A DNA stretch of 64,000 nt from an uncultured virus (IMG/VR IMGVR_UViG_3300010282_000326) (taxonomy: Duplodnaviria; Heunggongvirae; Uroviricota; Caudoviricetes): the IMG/VR virus record IMGVR_UViG_3300010282_000326. The stretch is one strand, 5' to 3'. Position 1 is the stretch's first letter. Each line of letters begins with the position of its first letter. Of this stretch, positions 58,923 to 64,000 are shown piece by piece. Position numbers and translations under genes: made by a program. The notes below the pieces were generated by a model that saw only the letters and a list, made by a program, of their open reading frames with translations, was not told the DNA's origin and ran no database searches.

Positions 58923-59222
58923 ATGAGTATTCAGACAGTGATAGGTTTAATAGTATTGGGGTTTTTTGCAGCATTATTTATATTTACAATAATGGCTATG
59001 AAATATTACACTTCAGGTAAAAATGAGTGTACAGTTACTGCTAAAGTTGTTGAAATTATGGATTCTGCTGTTAATTTAAGTTATGGCTTTGGTGGAGAAT
59101 CTTACACCACTGAATTCAGTATAGATAAAGATTCATTCAAGTCTAAAAATCTAAAAGTTGGTGACTACTTAACTATTAAGGTAGATGCTAGACATCCGAA
59201 TAATATCATAAGTGGTTTTTAA
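58923..59222 (+). CDS. small membrane protein (DUF3592-like architecture)
   Basis: TM, then TAKVV...Y...KVGD...P. Confidence 0.6.
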   Translation: MSIQTVIGLIVLGFFAALFIFTIMAMKYYTSGKNECTVTAKVVEIMDSAVNLSYGFGGESYTTEFSIDKDSFKSKNLKVGDYLTIKVDARHPNNIISGF

Positions 59223-59231
59223 GGAGTTATT

Positions 59232-59381
59232 ATGACAGAGTGTGAATTGCAGAAAACTAAAGGTTGGGAATTATTCTTAATAAATGAATTACAAGGCTAT
59301 AAGGTATATATTAACTTAGATGAGAATAAGAAAGCAAGAGTAAAACAAGGGGTAGTTATAGAGGTAAGGGAAATTCTATGA
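59232..59381 (+). CDS. 49-aa hypothetical protein (absent from the ORF track)
   Basis: AAGGAG RBS; ATGA overlap with the next gene. Confidence 0.55.
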   Translation: MTECELQKTKGWELFLINELQGYKVYINLDENKKARVKQGVVIEVREIL

Positions 59382-60484
59382 AAGATAAGACTTTTTGGAC
59401 AATAGCTTTATCTTCTATAGTAACATTAGTATTAACTCTTTTAGCTGTTACAATAATGGATAATAGAGGCTTTCTTAAGCGGAAAGATGTAAATACTATC
59501 AATGCTTATGTTGAGGAAATACGAAAGAATTATTATACTGATGTTACAGATGAAGAATTAAAGAATAATATTTATCATAGCTTGTTTCGTGTGGATAAGT
59601 ATTCAGATTATCTTGATACAGAGGAATTTGATAAATTTATGAATAAAACTGATGATTTTGTTGGTATAGGTATTTATGTTGTTCAGCGTAGTTATGATAA
59701 CAAAGTTAAAGTTGCTGATGTTTATCCTAATTCACCAGCTTCAAAAGCTGATATTTATAAAGATGATATTATAGTTGCTATTGATGATGTAAATATAGAG
59801 TATCTTAGTTTGGATGAAATATCTGGAATGCTTCGTGGAGAGCCTGATACTGATGTTAAAGTAACATTAGTTAGAGAAAATGATACTTTAGAGAAAACAA
59901 TAACTCGTAAGGCTCTTGAATATGAGTTAGTTTCCAGCACAATGTATGATGATATACAGTATATAAAGATATACGAATTTTTTGGCGATGTTGCTGACCA
60001 GTTTAAGCAAGAATTAAATCCTAATGCTAAAGGTCTTGTAATTGACTTACGCAATAATACTGGTGGTGATGTTGATATTATGATAAAGGTTATTAGTTCT
60101 ATATTATCTAAAGATGAGTTAGTAACTTACACAGTAAGTAAAGATGATGTAAGAGTAGATTATAATACTATTGATGGTCAGTGTGTTTCTGAGGAGTTGC
60201 CAATTATACTTTTGGTAAATGAGAATACTGCTTCAGCAGCAGAGATGATGACAGCTTGCCTTATGGATTATAATCGAGTTAAAGTTATTGGAAATACAAC
60301 TTATGGAAAAGGGGTAGTTCAAACACTTATCACTGAAGGAAATATAGGTTTCAAGTTAACAACAGATATTTGGTATTCTCCAAATGGAAATTGTGTAGAC
60401 CAAGTTGGTATTAAACCAGACATATTAGAAGAAGATGTTGATAATCAGCTAATTTTAGCTTTAGATAAAATAAAAGAAGATTAA
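59378..60484 (+). CDS. S41 family C-terminal processing peptidase with PDZ domain
   Basis: DKYS, GIG PDZ motif, DLRNNTGG, TASAAE, TYGKGVVQ, GIKPD. Confidence 0.92.
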   Translation: MKDKTFWTIALSSIVTLVLTLLAVTIMDNRGFLKRKDVNTINAYVEEIRKNYYTDVTDEELKNNIYHSLFRVDKYSDYLDTEEFDKFMNKTDDFVGIGIYVVQRSYDNKVKVADVYPNSPASKADIYKDDIIVAIDDVNIEYLSLDEISGMLRGEPDTDVKVTLVRENDTLEKTITRKALEYELVSSTMYDDIQYIKIYEFFGDVADQFKQELNPNAKGLVIDLRNNTGGDVDIMIKVISSILSKDELVTYTVSKDDVRVDYNTIDGQCVSEELPIILLVNENTASAAEMMTACLMDYNRVKVIGNTTYGKGVVQTLITEGNIGFKLTTDIWYSPNGNCVDQVGIKPDILEEDVDNQLILALDKIKED

Positions 60485-60507
60485 TAGTGTTTATTTAAGA
60501 GGATAAA

Positions 60508-60705
60508 ATGTTCAAGGTAGGAGATACAGTTACAAGAAATGATGTTGAAAATGATAATGGTTGGTTTTTGTTAATGATTTGTGCAGATGAGTTTATTTAT
60601 GAGTCCAATGATTACTCATTGATGGTTTCTATAAAAGGTGATAGTGGAATTGTAAAAGAAACTCAAGAAAGAAAAAATAATTCTTTCAGTAAACGAGTTG
60701 TTTAA
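60508..60705 (+). CDS. small hypothetical protein
   Basis: GAGGA RBS, MFKVGD start. Confidence 0.6.
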   Translation: MFKVGDTVTRNDVENDNGWFLLMICADEFIYESNDYSLMVSIKGDSGIVKETQERKNNSFSKRVV

Positions 60706-60716
60706 GGAGTTAGTTG

Positions 60717-61277
60717 ATGACTTTAGTTGATTTTATTTTAACTTATGAAAGAGATGGAAAGATTGTTTGTAATCTTTTTGACTATTATGAAGAATTTATA
60801 AAGCCTTTAGATGAGAGATTTCGTAATCATAGTTACTATGAAAATGACTTAGTTCTCTGTTATCTTAAAGGACACGCTGATGTAAATCCATCTATGGGTT
60901 ATATCAATGATAAGTTTCATAAAGGTGTTAAACTTTGTCATTGTTTTGGTTGTGGTGCTACTTATAATGTAGTTCGATTAAATCAAGTCATTAGTAGTCA
61001 GTATTTTGATAAAGAACTTTCTGAAAAAGATTCATGTGTTGATTTAGCAAATAAATTTAACATTGATATATCTGAGTTTGATGAGCTTGCTGATGATGAC
61101 TATGAAGGAAAGTATCTTGCTAAATTAAGAAGAATTGAGCAATTAAAGCGTAGATATACTTTTAATGATTTTAAAGATAAACTTCTTGAGCAAAGAAGAG
61201 CAGGAAATGTTAATTTAAGTCAGGTAAATTCAGAGTGTGTTAAAATGATAGCAACAACAAAACAATTGTATGATTAG
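60717..61277 (+). CDS. stand-alone CHC2-type (primase-like) zinc-finger protein
   Basis: LC...H.DVNPS...CHCFGCG...CVDLA; too short to include a TOPRIM domain. Confidence 0.7.
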   Translation: MTLVDFILTYERDGKIVCNLFDYYEEFIKPLDERFRNHSYYENDLVLCYLKGHADVNPSMGYINDKFHKGVKLCHCFGCGATYNVVRLNQVISSQYFDKELSEKDSCVDLANKFNIDISEFDELADDDYEGKYLAKLRRIEQLKRRYTFNDFKDKLLEQRRAGNVNLSQVNSECVKMIATTKQLYD

Positions 61278-61286
61278 GAGGCTGTT

Positions 61287-61745
61287 ATGTTTGTAGTTGT
61301 TGATGACGATGGAAAAAATCTAAAAATTCTTGACACAGAAGATGGAGTAATAGAAACTTACCCTAAAGTAAAAGTTGTTTTACTTGCCAAGAGCATAAAT
61401 ATAATGGGGGTAGATGGTTCAAATATAAAAGTAACACCTTTAGATGGTTTTATTTGGACAATGTTTCATGTTGGTGATATAACAACAGCTATTCGATGTT
61501 TACCATTATATTGGGAAGTTGAACTTACTTGTCATAAGAAAATTGATTTCTTTTTAGAAAGACATACTTATACATTTTACTCATCAAATGCTAGAGGTAA
61601 GAAAGAATGGGCAAGGGAAGTTGATAATCGTTCAAAGACACATTCAAGTGGATATACAGATACAGAAATGGTAAAATGGATATGTGATTTATATCACAGA
61701 TATGGTGGTTTCAAAGAGATTACAGTTACCAAAGATGACCATTAA
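61287..61745 (+). CDS. hypothetical protein
   Basis: AGGAGG RBS, 152 aa. Confidence 0.75.
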   Translation: MFVVVDDDGKNLKILDTEDGVIETYPKVKVVLLAKSINIMGVDGSNIKVTPLDGFIWTMFHVGDITTAIRCLPLYWEVELTCHKKIDFFLERHTYTFYSSNARGKKEWAREVDNRSKTHSSGYTDTEMVKWICDLYHRYGGFKEITVTKDDH

Positions 61746-61783
61746 GGCATCTTAATATAATATTTTAAAGTTTGGAGGAAATT

Positions 61784-62986
61784 ATGGTAAAGAAAAAGTT
61801 GTTTTGTGGTTTAGTTGTGGGTGCACTTATGATTTCTATGTGTGCTTGCGGAAAGACAGAGAAAAGTGGCATGACTTCGGAACAGGCTAAGGAAGTCGCT
61901 TCTACATTGGTTTCAACTGTTACTGAAGCTGATAAAGAAGTTACTGCTGAAAGTTTGCTGAATGGTATCGACAGTGAAGCTCACAAAGAAGATACTATGA
62001 AAGCTAAAATGACTTTCGTAACCGATATGGAGTCAACAATGACTGAAGGCTCAAATGAAAAAGTAGCTTTCAAAATGAGTGCTGATATAGATGTTGTAGG
62101 AAATAAGACAGCATCTCATGCAACTGGAAACATGGCTATTGATGTTTTAGGAATGCAAAGCACTCAAGGGGTAGAAACCTACTCAGTTCTTGAAGATGAC
62201 GGTACAATTACAAATTACTCTTTAGACACCTTAAAGGGTGCTTGGACAAAGGAAGTGAATAGTGCAGGTAATTCTTTTGATACCAGTACTTATATGAATT
62301 CTATGAAGAGTGATTATTTTACAGACCTTAATCTTGAAGAAACAGAAGAGGGGTATGTAGTTACTGGTAATATCAGTGCAGGTTATCTTAGTGATTCTCT
62401 TATGGATGCAACTGGTGAGTATGCTAATATGACATCTGTAGATGATGAACAGCTTGTATTCGTAACCTTAACATTTGATAAGGATACAAAGGAGGTTAAG
62501 AAACTTGTATTTGATATGGGTAAGGCTATGGGTGATGCTGAAAAGCTCAATGTAAAAGAGTTTACTGTGACACTTGATATTCTTGGTTATAGTAAGGATG
62601 CTGTTGAAGTTCCAGAGAGTGTAAAAACTAATGCAGTTGATGCTTCTGAGTTAGAAGATGTTGAAACAAGTACTCAGAGTGATGCAGCTCTTGACCTTGA
62701 TAACACCCCACTCAATAAGTTATTTGGTCTTTCAGATAAGCCAGATGCTGAAGAAGTAAAGCTTTATGGAAATGGTAGTTTCGATAATGCTTCTGATGAT
62801 GTTGTAAATGTTATAGTTCAGTTATCCACTATGACAATGACAGAAATCAATGAAAAATATCTTGCAAAGTATTCAGAGCAGGATGACAATACAAAAGATG
62901 CTATAGCCTATATAGTTAAGGCAGGTTGGATAACTCTTGATGAAACCTCGGATGAGTTAACCGAACGAATTAAGAATTTAAAGTAG
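61784..62986 (+). CDS. lipoprotein (DUF6612-like beta-rich architecture)
   Basis: Lipobox MCAC; start reassigned after GGAGG. Confidence 0.75.
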   Translation: MVKKKLFCGLVVGALMISMCACGKTEKSGMTSEQAKEVASTLVSTVTEADKEVTAESLLNGIDSEAHKEDTMKAKMTFVTDMESTMTEGSNEKVAFKMSADIDVVGNKTASHATGNMAIDVLGMQSTQGVETYSVLEDDGTITNYSLDTLKGAWTKEVNSAGNSFDTSTYMNSMKSDYFTDLNLEETEEGYVVTGNISAGYLSDSLMDATGEYANMTSVDDEQLVFVTLTFDKDTKEVKKLVFDMGKAMGDAEKLNVKEFTVTLDILGYSKDAVEVPESVKTNAVDASELEDVETSTQSDAALDLDNTPLNKLFGLSDKPDAEEVKLYGNGSFDNASDDVVNVIVQLSTMTMTEINEKYLAKYSEQDDNTKDAIAYIVKAGWITLDETSDELTERIKNLK

Positions 62987-62990
62987 TCAC

Positions 62991-63028
62991 TAAGGGGTAG
63001 CATCTAAGGTGTTACCCCTTATTATTTT
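62991..63028 (+). terminator. intrinsic terminator
   Basis: TAAGGGGTAGCA / TGTTACCCCTTA. Confidence 0.75.
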
Positions 63029-63073
63029 AGGGGGAGAAATTGGGGTAGCCAATGTAAGTGAGGAAGAAGAATA

Positions 63074-63961
63074 ATGAGTTATGCTAATGTTATTATTGAA
63101 AAACCTACAGTGTTAAATTTATTTAAGACCATACCGAGTGGTATTGGTTTAGATATTGCCAAAAACCATTCAGGTATTACTATTTGGAATGGTGAGACTA
63201 TTGAAACTTATGGTTTCTCTATTGATGAGTATTCTAAGGATGATTATTTTGCTGAATATCGTATGAGAAAACAGTTTAAAGAGAAACTTACTAATATAGT
63301 TTGTGGTAGACATTTTGAGTATTGTGTTATAGAAGATGTATATGGTGGTGAGAATTTTGATACCACTAGGAAATTGCTTGCATTACAAACTGTAATTGAT
63401 GAATTGATTTTTTCAAGAATTTGTACTGTTGGTGAGTTCTATAGATGGAATGAACCTAAGTGGTCTAAATATACAAGAATGTTTTATAAACAAAAAGGAA
63501 AATTAAAGTCTAAAGTTGAAACACAAGGTATCTTAGATTTCCTTGAATTTGATTTTTACAAGGAACATTGTGAGGATAAGCCAGCTAAGAAGCGAGAAAT
63601 CTTTTTTGAGGATATTTGTGATTCTTGTGCAATATTGCTTTCTGTAGTCGCTTATAAAAAATTACAGTTAAATATTGCACAGTCAAGCTCTCTTAAGCTT
63701 TCTGATATTAAAATGTATTATATCGAGGATATTATGGATACTTATGGCTTTAAGGATAGAAGGATAGCTGAGGAAGCCTATATTTTGGCTGATATTAATA
63801 CAAGGAATATTGAGAAGGATATTTTACTATTAGCAGGTATGTATCCTAATGATGTTATTTGTGTGGAACTGCCAGTTGATAAGTTAGGTAACTTTGGTTT
63901 GAAGCATGGCTTTAAGTTTTACTCAAGTGGCGAGGGGTACTTGTTTTTCTATAAGAAATAA
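63074..63961 (+). CDS. RuvC-like (RNase H fold) Holliday junction resolvase with C-terminal extension
   Basis: GIGLDIAKNHSG, CVIED, K, EDICDSCAI catalytic pattern. Confidence 0.65.
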   Translation: MSYANVIIEKPTVLNLFKTIPSGIGLDIAKNHSGITIWNGETIETYGFSIDEYSKDDYFAEYRMRKQFKEKLTNIVCGRHFEYCVIEDVYGGENFDTTRKLLALQTVIDELIFSRICTVGEFYRWNEPKWSKYTRMFYKQKGKLKSKVETQGILDFLEFDFYKEHCEDKPAKKREIFFEDICDSCAILLSVVAYKKLQLNIAQSSSLKLSDIKMYYIEDIMDTYGFKDRRIAEEAYILADINTRNIEKDILLLAGMYPNDVICVELPVDKLGNFGLKHGFKFYSSGEGYLFFYKK

Positions 63962-64000
63962 ATATACTATTATATAAAATAGTTTAGGAGTGATTAAGCG

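Larger units (their letters stand above)
1..64000 (+). mobile_element. segment of a large, probably conjugative, self-replicating extrachromosomal element
   Basis: Divergent replication genes dispersed among unknown ORFs, a T4SS-like operon, one coding strand, and no housekeeping synteny, rRNA or virion genes. Confidence 0.65.

Noticed and set aside
3946..60054. All minus-strand ORFs in the track
   Set aside because: Short, mostly antisense to well-supported + strand genes, with shadow-like composition
63074..63961. TnpB/Cas12-like RuvC nuclease or transposase
   Set aside because: RuvC motifs are contiguous at the N-terminus; no zinc ribbon, IS ends or array seen
1..64000. Jumbo phage interpretation
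   Set aside because: No terminase, portal, capsid or tail genes recognised, and a T4SS-like operon is present; cannot be excluded for sequence outside the window
1..64000. Stop-codon reassignment or alternative genetic code
   Set aside because: Standard code gives dense, full-length genes using TAA, TAG and TGA stops

Overview
An AT-rich window in which every credible gene lies on the + strand. It has Firmicute-type sigmaA promoters and AGGAGG ribosome-binding sites, and no rRNA, tRNA, CRISPR array, IS element or recognisable phage structural gene. The content fits a large, self-replicating, probably conjugative extrachromosomal element (megaplasmid or chromid-like) of a clostridial, Lachnospiraceae-like host; the host assignment is inference. 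The window holds three kinds of content. (i) A ~27 kb divergent Gram-positive type IV secretion/conjugation-like region (about 11.6-38.9 kb). It encodes a VirB4-like ATPase, a membrane-anchored FtsK/SpoIIIE-family ATPase, a 1922-aa polytopic membrane protein, a two-domain cell-wall peptidase, three paralogous membrane proteins and a MinD/CpaE-like protein. No relaxase is visible. (ii) A dispersed, divergent replication kit: DnaX-like clamp-loader subunit, DnaB-like helicase, a degenerate DnaC/DnaI-like protein, a stand-alone CHC2 primase zinc finger, a DnaQ exonuclease, split type IIA topoisomerase subunits, an SNF2-like helicase, a RuvC-like nuclease, a tandem HU-like protein and SpoVG. (iii) Accessory genes (MscS, S41 peptidase, SIMPL, lipoproteins, very acidic proteins). 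The strongest unexplained signal is the hexamer GGGGTA. I count about 85 copies by hand, on the + strand, in all three reading frames and about every 750 bp, which suggests a polar replication or translocation signal. There is also a DnaA-box cluster at ~8.36-8.41 kb and a promoter-to-terminator small-RNA candidate at ~41.85-41.94 kb. All functional calls come from motif recognition by eye, with no database searches.
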